Assembly (NCBI GenBank): GCA_045612665.1
Contig: JAZKZO010000003.1
Coordinates: 30,992-94,991 of the forward strand
Length of the DNA: 64,000 bases
Reading direction: 5' to 3'
Source: Eubacteriales bacterium
GTDB taxonomy: Bacteria > Bacillota > Clostridia > Oscillospirales > CAG-272
Part shown: piece after piece, positions 1 to 9,068 of the stretch
Layout: each line of letters opens with the position of its first letter
Numbering within the stretch: the stretch's first letter is position 1
Program-made: the position numbers and the translations under genes
The notes under the pieces: generated by a model
Told to the model about the DNA's origin: nothing
Seen by the model: the letters and a program-made list of their open reading frames with translations, nothing else
Databases searched by the model: none

Positions 1-65
1 TCCATCTCAGCCATAACAGCACCCCTGAATATTTAATTGTGCGATGAGAAGATTTTAGCACTGTT

Positions 66-704
66 TTATTTTTTTGTCAAGTGCTTTTCATAATTTTTCT
101 TTGAGGTATACAAAATAAGTGTTCCGTTTTGCACGGAAATTTCAGATGGCACACCGACAAATTCGTTGCTTACTCCAAGAGGCTCCGTGCTTTGTAAAAT
201 TGCATTGTCAAGCTCGTATAAAAGTCCTTTTTCAAAAACGCCCAAAGCCTTATCACAAGCGGAAAAAACAGATATTCTACCGCTTGCATTTTCATCAAAG
301 CAAGCACCTGAATTCGTAATAGAAAATACTACATTTTCACCGTCATAAAAGGCTATTTCTATGCCCTTGGATGCATATTTAACAAGCAAAGAAAGGTTGG
401 CAATCGTATGGTCAAGAGATCCGCCGATAGCACCAAAAATCCTTATGCTTTTATACCCTTTTTCAAGCGCGTGTTTTATAGCAAGCTCGCTATCAGTATA
501 GTCCTTTTTGACAGGAAATCGGACTATGTTTTCACACTGTATCTCTCCCGTGTATGAGTCAAAATCGCCTATTACGAGATCGGGCTTTATTTTGTTTTTT
601 TCAAGAACCAAATATCCTCGGTCTGCGCCTACTACGTAATCGGTAGAATCGGGCTTAAAGTCAAGAGTGCAATCGAGTGCACATACGATATAACAAGTGT
701 TCAT
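66..704 (-). CDS. thiN: thiamine diphosphokinase (thiamine pyrophosphokinase)
   Basis: 212-aa ORF with the VGADRG and IGDFDS motifs typical of the bacterial TPK catalytic domain, followed by a C-terminal thiamin-binding-like region. ATG start. Confidence 0.75.
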   Translation of the reverse strand: MNTCYIVCALDCTLDFKPDSTDYVVGADRGYLVLEKNKIKPDLVIGDFDSYTGEIQCENIVRFPVKKDYTDSELAIKHALEKGYKSIRIFGAIGGSLDHTIANLSLLVKYASKGIEIAFYDGENVVFSITNSGACFDENASGRISVFSACDKALGVFEKGLLYELDNAILQSTEPLGVSNEFVGVPSEISVQNGTLILYTSKKNYEKHLTKK

Positions 705-824
705 TTAATCGTCCTTCTCTTTTAGTTTAGTTTATGATATCACAAGTGATTAAAATTGTCAAGGCTATTGATTTCCCTAAAATTATATGATAAAATCAAA
801 TTAACAATTTTCAAGGAGAATATT

Positions 825-2117
825 ATGTATTTTATAGACGAAACAAATAAAATCCCTCTAATAGCGGATGTTGACGTTTTGGTGTGCGGTGGTGGCCCTG
901 CCGGAATCGGCGCTGCTATTCGCGCAGGACGCGAGGGTGTTTCTGTTATGCTGGTAGAATCACAGGGCTGTCTTGGTGGAATTGCAACTGCAGGTATGAT
1001 GTCCCACTGGGGTGGCAGGTCATCAAGCAAGATAATGCAGGAAATTTTTGCATTAACCTATGATAAGGCTAAGGACATCGGTTGGGCGCACGAAAACGGT
1101 TGCGGAACTGACGCAATTTATCACGATATACAAAAAATCATCCTTGAAGAGATGATGACCAAGGATAATATTAAGGTTTTGTATTACACCTTGGTTTGTA
1201 AGGCTGTGGTAGAAAACGGCACTATTATCGGTGTTATTGTTGAAAATAAGAGCGGTAGAGGCTTTATCAAGGCTAAAAGAGTTGTAGATGCAACAGGTGA
1301 TGGAGACGTTGCCGCATCTGCCGGTGTTCCCTATTTTAAGGGTCGTGAAAGCGATGGCAGAATGCAACCGTGTACGATTATGTTTAAAATTGGTGGCGTT
1401 GACTATTCAAGAGCTGTTTTTCCACCGTCATTTGAAACAACAATTGAGCTCCCAAAAGGTGAAATACAAGCACTTGGCAAGGAGCATTTACCTTTCCCTG
1501 CCGGGCACGTACTTTTGTATTCTCAACCAACTCCCGGTACTGTTTGCTGCAATATGACTAATGCTATCGAAATCGACGGTACTAATGCCGAAAGCTTAAC
1601 CAAGGGTGTTTTCACTTGCCATTCTCAAATTATTCCTATTATTAAATTTTTGCGCGAGTTTGTTCCAGGCTATGAAAATTGTTGGCTTATGAGCAGTGCT
1701 TCTCTTATAGGAATTCGCGAAACACGCCATTTTGAAGGCTTGAATTCCTTGACTAAGGATGATATTTTAGAGGCAAAGGTATACGACGATTGGGTTGTTA
1801 GACGTGCTTGGTTTAATTTTGACGTTCACAATTTGACCGGCGCAAGCCTTGACAAAACTGGTATTCAGCGTGGTTGGAAGCAAAAGAATGACTACACCAT
1901 TCCTTACGGTTGCTTGCTTCCAAAAAATATTGATGGTCTACTCCTTTCAGGTCGAAACATCAGTGGCTCTCACCTTGCACATTCAAACTTTAGAATTATG
2001 TCTGTGTGCATAGCTCTTGGCGAGGCTGCCGGCGTTGCCGCTGCTCTTTCTGTTAAGCAAGACAAGCGACTCATTGACGTAGACGTAAAGCAAATCCAAG
2101 CTATTGTTGGAGAATAA
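825..2117 (+). CDS. FAD-dependent oxidoreductase, substrate unknown
   Basis: The ORF track gives 756..2117. The ATG at 825 is preceded by AAGGAG (813-818) and followed by the dinucleotide-binding motif DVLVCGGGPAGIGAA. A second flavin motif, DATGDGD, is present. Confidence 0.7.
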   Translation: MYFIDETNKIPLIADVDVLVCGGGPAGIGAAIRAGREGVSVMLVESQGCLGGIATAGMMSHWGGRSSSKIMQEIFALTYDKAKDIGWAHENGCGTDAIYHDIQKIILEEMMTKDNIKVLYYTLVCKAVVENGTIIGVIVENKSGRGFIKAKRVVDATGDGDVAASAGVPYFKGRESDGRMQPCTIMFKIGGVDYSRAVFPPSFETTIELPKGEIQALGKEHLPFPAGHVLLYSQPTPGTVCCNMTNAIEIDGTNAESLTKGVFTCHSQIIPIIKFLREFVPGYENCWLMSSASLIGIRETRHFEGLNSLTKDDILEAKVYDDWVVRRAWFNFDVHNLTGASLDKTGIQRGWKQKNDYTIPYGCLLPKNIDGLLLSGRNISGSHLAHSNFRIMSVCIALGEAAGVAAALSVKQDKRLIDVDVKQIQAIVGE

Positions 2118-2118
2118 T

Positions 2119-2146
2119 AAAAAGCAGGCATATGCCTGCTTTTTTA
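2119..2146 (+). terminator. rho-independent terminator of the FAD oxidoreductase gene (bidirectional shape)
   Basis: Perfect palindrome AGCAGGCATATGCCTGCT (2123-2140), flanked by an A-run and a T-run, directly after the TAA stop at 2115-2117. Confidence 0.75.
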
Positions 2147-2164
2147 TTTGGTGGACCAACAGGG
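2147..2164. repeat. orphan copy 1 of the tRNA(CAU) 3' end (complement of acceptor 3' strand plus CCA)
   Basis: TTTGGTGGACCAACAGGG is identical to 2517-2534, but no cloverleaf follows it. Confidence 0.8.
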
Positions 2165-2286
2165 TCGGCTCACTATGTGAGCTATTTTTGCCAAGTCTTT
2201 TACTTGCAAGCAGATAACGACTTTCGTCAAAAATGCGAACCCCTTTCGTGTACAACACGAAGCAAGTTCGAGGCGCGTTGAGTCGC

Positions 2287-2342
2287 CAAAACAAAAAGCA
2301 CCCCTTTTGGAGTGCTTTTGTTTTGGTGGACCAACAGGGACT
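2287..2342. repeat. 56-bp direct repeat, copy A (terminator hairpin plus orphan tRNA 3' end)
   Basis: CAAAACAAAAAGCACCCCTTTTGGAGTGCTTTTGTTTTGGTGGACCAACAGGGACT is identical base for base to 2479-2534. Confidence 0.9.
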
Positions 2343-2450
2343 TCGCTCTTGAATTTTGCAAAGACAATCTCTCAAATTTCTAGTATATGCTTTCCAAAAT
2401 ACTTCGGTCACCGCTACAACTCGTTCCCCGAAAGAGTTGCTTAACGCTGC

Positions 2451-2464
2451 GTTCGAGTCCCTGT
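2451..2464. repeat. inverted 14-nt fragment of the tRNA T-arm and acceptor
   Basis: GTTCGAGTCCCTGT is the exact reverse complement of 2526-2539. Confidence 0.7.
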
Positions 2465-2478
2465 ATTTTTAAATCGTG

Positions 2479-2534
2479 CAAAACAAAAAGCACCCCTTTT
2501 GGAGTGCTTTTGTTTTGGTGGACCAACAGGGACT
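2479..2534. repeat. 56-bp direct repeat, copy B (true terminator plus 3' end of the intact tRNA)
   Basis: Identical to 2287-2342. It overlaps the 3' 19 nt of the tRNA gene and its hairpin AGCACTCC-AAAA-GGGGTGCT plus T-run (minus-strand sense). Confidence 0.9.
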
Positions 2535-2592
2535 CGAACCCCGGACCAACCGGTTATGAGCCGGTTGCTCTAACCAACTGAGCTATTGGTCC
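2516..2592 (-). tRNA. tRNA with CAU anticodon, encoded CCA; probably tRNA-Ile2 (lysidine) rather than elongator tRNA-Met
   Basis: The minus strand reads GGACCAATAGCTCAGTTGGTTAGAGCAACCGGCTCATAACCGGTTGGTCCGGGGTTCGAGTCCCTGTTGGTCCACCA and folds into a full cloverleaf with anticodon loop CTCATAA. The G1-C72 pair excludes an initiator. C4-G69 and C5-G68 resemble the TilS-recognised Ile2 acceptor stem. Confidence 0.9.
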
Positions 2593-2620
2593 TCTGCGCA
2601 ACTTATAAGTTACGCATTTT

Positions 2621-2649
2621 ATTTTACACATTTATTGTATATTTGTCAA
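2621..2649 (-). promoter_or_regulatory. sigma-A-type promoter of the tRNA gene
   Basis: On the minus strand, TTGACA (2649-2644), a 17-nt spacer and TAAAAT (2626-2621). A near-perfect palindrome GCGCAACTTATAAGTTACGC (2596-2615) lies between the promoter and the tRNA 5' end. Confidence 0.6.
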
Positions 2650-2678
2650 TACCTTTTTTTAAAATTATTTTAAATAAT

Positions 2679-4073
2679 TCAACTTTGGTATACAGGTTCT
2701 TCGTTTTCCGAAAGCTTTGGAGCTTTTATCCTTCTTTTCACCTTTTTATAACAAATTACGTAATTAATTATCAATGCTATACTCGTTATAACCCAAGTAA
2801 TTGGATGAACAAGATAAAGCGTGCTAAGGGACGGATACATTTTAAAAATTGTATATATCCAAACAATTCTTATTCCGCAAGCTCCGAATATAGCAATTAG
2901 CGATGGCGAGGTGCTATATCCAAGTCCTCTTACAGCTCCCGGTAACACGCCCATAATTCCAGCGAGGAAATACACGGGGAAAGTAATTTTCAGTCTATCA
3001 AAGCCATACTGAATTGCCACAGGATTATCCTTTATAAATATTGAAAGAATAGGATCTGAAAGGGCAAATGAGCCAAGTCCAAGCACGAGTCCAAGCACGG
3101 CAGTCATTGAAATGGTTGTAAACATTATTTTATTTACTCTTTCTATCTTGCCTGCGCCAACGTTTTGGCTAATGAAAGTGGTTGCTGCGTTGACAAACGA
3201 GGTAAGCGTTACCCACAAAAGACTTTCAACGGTTGCAACAGCTGTGCTTCCTGCGATAGCATCGTTTCCAAACGAGTTTACTCCTGCTTGAAGGAAGGCG
3301 TTTGAAAGGTTCATAGCGCATGCTTGAACACCTGCTGGAATACCGATTTTTACGATTTTACCAAGCTTTTGCCACGAAAAGCTTATACTCTTAAACGTAA
3401 ACGAGAATAATCCCTCGTTTTTCATTAATCTTATCATTATAAGAAATGCTGAAAGCGCTTGTGAAACAACTGTTGCAACGGCAACTCCCACTACTCCCCA
3501 GTCGAAGGCCGCGACGAAAAGAAGGTTCAAAAGCACATTCACAACGCCTGAAACCGCAAGATAAATAAACGGTCTTTGAGTTTCTCCTGCGGTACGGAAA
3601 ATCGCAGCGCAGAAATTGTATATCATTGTAAACGGTACGCCTAAAACGATTATTTTTAGGTATGTCGCTGCGCCTTGAAGAACTCCGTCCGTTTCAGGTG
3701 TGTTCATAAGTCTTAAAACAGGCTCAAAGCAAAAAAGTCCTATAATTGTAACTATAAGACCAAGGATTGGCGCTGTCAAAACCGTAGTGTCTATAACCTG
3801 CTTTACGCCCTTTTCATCTCTCATACCATGGTGGAACGAGGAAACGACGTCAACGCCTGCGGAAATGCCCATAAAAAGGGCGACAAGAACGTTGAATATT
3901 GCACCCGTTGCACCAACTGATGCAAGGGCAATATCTCCTGAAAATCTACCGACAATAACAAGGTCGGCAGAGTTATAAATGCTTTGCAAAATCCCTTGTA
4001 GCATAATGGGAATTGTAAACGCGATGATTTTCTTCGCACAGCCCCCGTTAAGCATATCTATTTTTTGTGACAT
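2679..4073 (-). CDS. MATE family efflux transporter
   Basis: 464-aa 12-TM protein with a typical MATE N-terminus (KKIIAFTIPIMLQGILQSIYNSADLVIVGRF). ATG with a GGAGAG RBS. Confidence 0.85.
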   Translation of the reverse strand: MSQKIDMLNGGCAKKIIAFTIPIMLQGILQSIYNSADLVIVGRFSGDIALASVGATGAIFNVLVALFMGISAGVDVVSSFHHGMRDEKGVKQVIDTTVLTAPILGLIVTIIGLFCFEPVLRLMNTPETDGVLQGAATYLKIIVLGVPFTMIYNFCAAIFRTAGETQRPFIYLAVSGVVNVLLNLLFVAAFDWGVVGVAVATVVSQALSAFLIMIRLMKNEGLFSFTFKSISFSWQKLGKIVKIGIPAGVQACAMNLSNAFLQAGVNSFGNDAIAGSTAVATVESLLWVTLTSFVNAATTFISQNVGAGKIERVNKIMFTTISMTAVLGLVLGLGSFALSDPILSIFIKDNPVAIQYGFDRLKITFPVYFLAGIMGVLPGAVRGLGYSTSPSLIAIFGACGIRIVWIYTIFKMYPSLSTLYLVHPITWVITSIALIINYVICYKKVKRRIKAPKLSENEEPVYQS

Positions 4074-4111
4074 AATCTCTCCAAAAATGCAATATCTATG
4101 ATATTGATTTC

Positions 4112-4140
4112 ATTTTAGCACTATATTTTTCAATATGCAA
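4112..4140 (-). promoter_or_regulatory. sigma-A-type promoter of the MATE gene
   Basis: On the minus strand, TTGCAT (4140-4135), a 17-nt spacer and TAAAAT (4117-4112). Confidence 0.55.
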
Positions 4141-4159
4141 TAGATATTTGAAAATAATT

Positions 4160-4187
4160 AAAAAATGCTCTCAAAAGAGAGCATTTT
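4160..4187 (-). terminator. rho-independent terminator ending the secA operon
   Basis: Hairpin ATGCTCTC-AAAA-GAGAGCAT (4166-4185) with a flanking T-run on the minus strand, immediately after the stop at 4188-4190. Confidence 0.75.
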
Positions 4188-5498
4188 TTATGAGTATTTG
4201 TAAATTCTTTTGAAAACCTCTTCCTTTGCATACGAGGTTGAGTACATATAAGTTACAAAGAATATGATAGCCCACAAAACCGTGGTAACCGAAATAGTCT
4301 CATCAGACGGTCTAAAAAAGGCATACATCACCGACCAATGTGCGCTTATTGCGGTAAAAATTACTGAAAAAACAAAGCGTTTTTTAGTTGTTTTTCTAAA
4401 TTCCTTTACATAGCCTTCCACGCTATATTCCGAGAAGAATCTTGGATTTTCATACACCTTATCTATCGCATATTTGTTTATCAGATAAAGTCCCAGGATT
4501 GCAATCCCAACAAACGAAAGAGCCTCGAAAACGGTTGCAATGATAACGGGAATATATGCGAGCTGTGCTTGTGGATTTCTAAACGCGGATTCTATATAGT
4601 GGTTTTTGTTGAAGGTCATTGTAAAAATCGTGTTAAGAACGCTCGACACAAAATGAACTCCAAGTGATGCAATAAGCCATTTTTCATGCTTTTGCACCTT
4701 AATATATCCCTTTTTCACGAGGAAAAAGAATCCTATTGCAAATAGCGGCGCAAGCAATATATCGCTCAAAAATTCTATTCCATCAATATAAAAATCAACA
4801 TTAAATAGCATAGCTATTGCCATAATGCCAATTGAGAATATAAAATCCTTTGAGAAAAATACGCTTTGTCTATCCTTCATTTCCTCGACAAAGTCGAGGC
4901 TTATCTTCTCTTTTACCGCATCTGTCAACGTGCGTTTAAAGAAGCAAATAATTCTTATAAGCCATACAAGAGCTATAATGGATGCAAAAATCGTGAAAAT
5001 GAAGAAAAATACGGTTCTAAATCTAAACATCCATTCCTTTTGAGGATTGCTCAAGAAAAGAGCGCAAAAATCAGGAACGGTTGAGCATACGACTCTTGTA
5101 AGAAAGAAGAAAATTGTAAATCTCTTTAATCTTTCGCTTGTAGCGACGTATCTATCCTCGCCACAACGCATACAAATAAACGAAATACTGTCAAAAAGCT
5201 TTTGATAAGCACCAAGACCGAACACAACCTCGATTACTGAGAATGAGAATGAGAAAACAAGTGCCATTGTAGCATCGGTAAACGGAACGATTATCATACT
5301 AATGAATTTAAAAAGTGTGATAAGTGCCATTTGTCTGAATGCTTCCTTAGTCTCCCCTGCATTATCATAAACATACGATGCCTCGGAAAAGGCGCGCATT
5401 AAAAGCAAATAGCCTATAAAATCGGGAAAAACATCAAAAACGCTTACAACAGGATTAAAAAGGAAGATAGCAGCCCATATGAAATACCGTTTTTTCAT
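4188..5498 (-). CDS. uncharacterised polytopic membrane protein (about 12 TM)
   Basis: 436-aa ORF that is almost entirely hydrophobic helices. I recognise no family motif. Its start overlaps the stop of the upstream gene in an ATGA (5495-5498). There is a possible weak internal duplication: LFNPVVSVFDVFPDFIGYLL near residue 13 and LFNVDFYIDGIEFLSDILL near residue 231. Confidence 0.6.
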   Translation of the reverse strand: MKKRYFIWAAIFLFNPVVSVFDVFPDFIGYLLLMRAFSEASYVYDNAGETKEAFRQMALITLFKFISMIIVPFTDATMALVFSFSFSVIEVVFGLGAYQKLFDSISFICMRCGEDRYVATSERLKRFTIFFFLTRVVCSTVPDFCALFLSNPQKEWMFRFRTVFFFIFTIFASIIALVWLIRIICFFKRTLTDAVKEKISLDFVEEMKDRQSVFFSKDFIFSIGIMAIAMLFNVDFYIDGIEFLSDILLAPLFAIGFFFLVKKGYIKVQKHEKWLIASLGVHFVSSVLNTIFTMTFNKNHYIESAFRNPQAQLAYIPVIIATVFEALSFVGIAILGLYLINKYAIDKVYENPRFFSEYSVEGYVKEFRKTTKKRFVFSVIFTAISAHWSVMYAFFRPSDETISVTTVLWAIIFFVTYMYSTSYAKEEVFKRIYKYS

Positions 5499-6157
5499 TG
5501 TTTTTTATCTCCTTTATCGTTTTCGTCCTTTTTTAAATCTCTTTTTTCCTTTGGAGTCATTGCATAATTAAGCTTATCGTTAAGGAAATCAAGAGGTGCG
5601 TTGCCTGTTTTCTTATCCATATCCTTATCATCCTCATAGCATATACGAATATACGAGTTGGCAACGGTAACAAGCACCATTATCGAATACAAAATTTGCG
5701 AAATAAATATGATAAGCGAAAGCCTTGACATAGCAAAATCACTATCTTTGAAAAACGCATTCAACAAAATCACGCAAATTGCATAAATTGCCATAAGAAT
5801 ATAGGTTATTACAACCTTTGCCTGTATTGAAGGAAGCTCGACCTGCTTAGCCAATAGATAAATTGACGTAAGTGCAAGAGCGCAAAATACGACGTTAGAT
5901 ATCGAAAGGAGAAGCGACATAGCACTGATAAGAGCTTGATTTGACGAAAGAACGTATATAAACATATATGTCATAGAGGCAAGAAACTCAACGACAGTTA
6001 TCACTAAAGTGATAAAAAACATTTTATTTTGCCTTATAAGCTCCTTTAGGGAGTACATAATTATAGCACTTCCTAAAACATAGGTAAAGGGGGCGAATGT
6101 TGTAAATGCTCCTAAAAGCATAAAGCAACATCCGATAAACATTATTCCAAATCCCAT
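5495..6157 (-). CDS. uncharacterised membrane protein (about 6 TM) with a Lys/Asp-rich C-terminal tail
   Basis: 220-aa ORF. Its ATG lies 2 nt after the secA stop and uses a GGAGAA RBS inside the last secA codons. I recognise no family motif. Confidence 0.6.
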   Translation of the reverse strand: MGFGIMFIGCCFMLLGAFTTFAPFTYVLGSAIIMYSLKELIRQNKMFFITLVITVVEFLASMTYMFIYVLSSNQALISAMSLLLSISNVVFCALALTSIYLLAKQVELPSIQAKVVITYILMAIYAICVILLNAFFKDSDFAMSRLSLIIFISQILYSIMVLVTVANSYIRICYEDDKDMDKKTGNAPLDFLNDKLNYAMTPKEKRDLKKDENDKGDKKQ

Positions 6158-6159
6158 TT

Positions 6160-8898
6160 TTATTCTCCGCTTTGGCTAGCGCCACAGCATTTTTTATATT
6201 TTTTGCCACTTCCGCAAGGGCAAGGATCGTTTCTTCCGACCTTTTGCTCAACTCTGATTGGTTGAGCTGTGCGAACAACTCTCTTCTCGCCTGATCCAAA
6301 TTTCATAAAGCCCTCATCGCTTGGTCTTGCGACTTGAACACGCTTTATCGGCTGAGCCTTTGGAACGGCGCTCAAAATACCTCTTACAGTATCATCGCGA
6401 ATTGCAAGTACCATTTCATCAAATAGATCGGCACCGGCGAGCTTATACTCGTTAATGGGATTTCTTTGTGCATAGGATTGAAGACCGATGCTATCTCTTA
6501 AATCATCCATTGCCTCGAGGTGATCCATCCATTTTTCATCAACGTTGCGAAGCAAAATAACTCTTTCGATTTCTCTTGCGCCTTCCTCACCGAATAGCTG
6601 TTCCTTGCTTTCCCAGAGCGCAATTGCTCTCTCAATAAGAGTATTAAGGATAGCTTCTTTATCCTCATCACCTGTAAAATCATCCGAGGAACAAAGAAGT
6701 CCGAGATATTTATTTCTAAGCTCTACGAGCTCCCATTCAGAGCGATCACCAACGGTATGCGCTTCGACTGCGTCCGTTATGGTAGAGCAAATCATATTTT
6801 TGATTTTTTCCTTTAAATCAACGCCATCAAGAACGTCTGCGCGCTGAGAATAGATAACGTTTCTTTGTTGGTTCATAACGTCATCGTATGAAAGGACGGT
6901 TTTACGTCTTTGGAAGTTGCGGTCCTCAAGGCGCTTTTGCGCGTTTTCAATAGTTCCCGAAAGGATTTTTGCATCAATAGGAGTATCCTCGTCAAGTCCA
7001 AGACGGCTAACAATACCGATCATTCTATCGCTACCGAAAAGACGCATAAGATCATCCTCAAATGAAAGGAAAAATCTCGATTCGCCAGGGTCGCCCTGAC
7101 GTCCTGAACGGCCTCTTAACTGGTTATCGATACGACGGCTCTCGTGGCGCTCTGTTCCTATAATGAAAAGTCCGCCTGCTTCTCTTACCTTTTCAGCCTC
7201 AGGAGCAATTTGTTGCTTATACTTTTCGTTAAGATCGGAAAATACACGTCTTGCTTCAAATATTTCCTCGGAAACTGATTGAGACGAGCCTGTTGCGAGC
7301 ATTATGGTTTCGTCATCGTATCCGAGCTTCTTCATTTCCTTTTTAGCAAGATGCTCTGCATTACCGCCAAGCATAATATCAGTTCCACGTCCTGCCATAT
7401 TGGTCGAAATGGTTACTGCACCGTATTTACCTGCATCGGATACAATTTCAGCTTCTCTTTCATGATGCTTTGCATTAAGAACGTTATGAGGAATACCGGA
7501 ATTTTTGAGCTTTTGAGAAAGCGCCTCGGACTTTTCAACGGATACTGTACCTACAAGCACAGGCTGTCCTTTGTCATGGCACGCCTTAATTTGTCTTATA
7601 ATAGCTCTATCCTTTGCAGCCTTTGTTCTATAAACGACATCGTTATAGTCTTCTCTTATCATAGGCTTGTTAGTTGGAACGACTACAACGTCAAGGTCGT
7701 AAATTTCTCTAAATTCAGACTCCTCGGAAAGAGCTGTACCTGTCATTCCGGAAAGCTTTTTATACATTCTAAAATAGTTTTGGAAGGTAATTGTGGCAAT
7801 AGTTCTATTTTCTCTTTGGATTTTTACTCTTTCCTTTGCCTCAATTGCCTGATGCAAGCCGTCAGAATATCTTCTACCGGGCATAAGACGACCGGTAAAG
7901 GTATCAACGATGATAACCTGACCGTCCTTTATAACGTAATCGGTATCTCTATGCATTGTACCGTGCGCCTTAATTGCCTGTTGAATATGGTGATGAAGCT
8001 CTGAATTTTCAGGCGAGGTAAGGTTTTCAATATCGAAATATTTTTCAGCCTTTGCAACACCGTGCTTTGTAAGAGTTGCGGTTCTTGCCTTTTCGTCAAC
8101 GATATAATCCTGCTCAATGTCCTCGTGCTCTACCTTTAAATCAAGCTCTTTGATAACGAATTTTGAAAAATTACGAACGAGAGCATCGGTTTTGTCATAA
8201 AGCTCGGTGCTTTTTCTACCCGCGCCCGATATAATAAGAGGAGTTCTCGCTTCGTCGATCAAAATTGAGTCAACCTCATCGACAATAGCAAAAACATGTC
8301 CCCTTTGGCACATATCCTGCTTATAGATAACCATATTATCACGAAGGTAGTCAAATCCAAATTCGTTATTAGTACCGTAAGTTATATCGCAATTGTATGC
8401 CTTTTGCTTTTCTTCTCTTGACTGTCCGTGAACAACAAGACCTGTTGTAAGTCCCAAGAATTCGTGAATTCTTCCCATTTCCTCACAACCAAGGCGCGCA
8501 AGATAATCGTTCACGGTAACGACGTGAACGCCCTTTCCTGTAAGCGCATTAAGATACGACGGCAATACGGCAACGAGAGTTTTACCTTCACCAGTCTTCA
8601 TTTCGGCAACTCTGCCCTGATGGAGCAAAATTCCGCACATAAGCTGAACGCGGAAGGGTCGTTTACCAAGAACTCTATCCGATGCCTCTCTTACAAGGGC
8701 AAATGCCTCAGGCAAGATATCGTCGAGAGCTTCTCCATTCGCAATACGCTCTTTAAACTCGTCAGTTTTAGCTCTCATTTGACTGTCGCTCATGCTTGCA
8801 TACTCGTCGCCAAGAGCTTCTATTTGATCAACGATAGGCTCAATTTTTTTGATTTGCTTATCGCTATACGTTCCAAAAATTTTAGAAAAAAGTCCCAT
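6160..8898 (-). CDS. secA: preprotein translocase ATPase SecA
   Basis: 912 aa with the canonical N-terminus MGLFSKIFG, DEAD-like motor motifs (MKTGEGKTL, DEVDSILIDEARTPLIISG) and the C-terminal zinc-binding CPCGSGKKYKKCCG. Confidence 0.97.
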   Translation of the reverse strand: MGLFSKIFGTYSDKQIKKIEPIVDQIEALGDEYASMSDSQMRAKTDEFKERIANGEALDDILPEAFALVREASDRVLGKRPFRVQLMCGILLHQGRVAEMKTGEGKTLVAVLPSYLNALTGKGVHVVTVNDYLARLGCEEMGRIHEFLGLTTGLVVHGQSREEKQKAYNCDITYGTNNEFGFDYLRDNMVIYKQDMCQRGHVFAIVDEVDSILIDEARTPLIISGAGRKSTELYDKTDALVRNFSKFVIKELDLKVEHEDIEQDYIVDEKARTATLTKHGVAKAEKYFDIENLTSPENSELHHHIQQAIKAHGTMHRDTDYVIKDGQVIIVDTFTGRLMPGRRYSDGLHQAIEAKERVKIQRENRTIATITFQNYFRMYKKLSGMTGTALSEESEFREIYDLDVVVVPTNKPMIREDYNDVVYRTKAAKDRAIIRQIKACHDKGQPVLVGTVSVEKSEALSQKLKNSGIPHNVLNAKHHEREAEIVSDAGKYGAVTISTNMAGRGTDIMLGGNAEHLAKKEMKKLGYDDETIMLATGSSQSVSEEIFEARRVFSDLNEKYKQQIAPEAEKVREAGGLFIIGTERHESRRIDNQLRGRSGRQGDPGESRFFLSFEDDLMRLFGSDRMIGIVSRLGLDEDTPIDAKILSGTIENAQKRLEDRNFQRRKTVLSYDDVMNQQRNVIYSQRADVLDGVDLKEKIKNMICSTITDAVEAHTVGDRSEWELVELRNKYLGLLCSSDDFTGDEDKEAILNTLIERAIALWESKEQLFGEEGAREIERVILLRNVDEKWMDHLEAMDDLRDSIGLQSYAQRNPINEYKLAGADLFDEMVLAIRDDTVRGILSAVPKAQPIKRVQVARPSDEGFMKFGSGEKRVVRTAQPIRVEQKVGRNDPCPCGSGKKYKKCCGASQSGE

Positions 8899-9068
8899 TT
8901 TTAATTCCTTTCGGCTTTTTTTCGCATTTCACTTTCTATATAATAACACACAAATTTCTTAAAATCCATAGTTATTTTAAAAAAATATCTTGAAATTAAC
9001 TTAAAAAAGATTGTTTTTTGACATTTTTAGTGATATCATAAGAGCATAAAGTTTTTTAAGGAGCTTTT

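Noticed and set aside
1-14. Possible start of a minus-strand gene (ATGGCTGAGATGGA reading leftwards, with AGGGGTG upstream at about 20-26)
   Set aside because: Only 14 nt are inside the window, so it cannot be identified or confirmed.
2118-2680. Search for an integrase, transposase or prophage genes beside the tRNA repeats, and for CRISPR arrays or IS elements anywhere in the window
   Set aside because: No ORF with integrase or transposase features was found, and no array of regularly spaced direct repeats. The window is core chromosome.
2387-2900. Small ORFs (64 aa and 104 aa) crossing the tRNA gene, its repeats and the MATE gene 3' end
   Set aside because: They overlap a tRNA, terminators and a promoter, and have no RBS. 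The region is treated as non-coding.
7279-8004. 241-aa ORF on the plus strand inside secA
   Set aside because: It is antisense to a highly conserved gene, is Cys/Ser/Leu-rich and low-complexity, and has no RBS. This is a typical shadow ORF.
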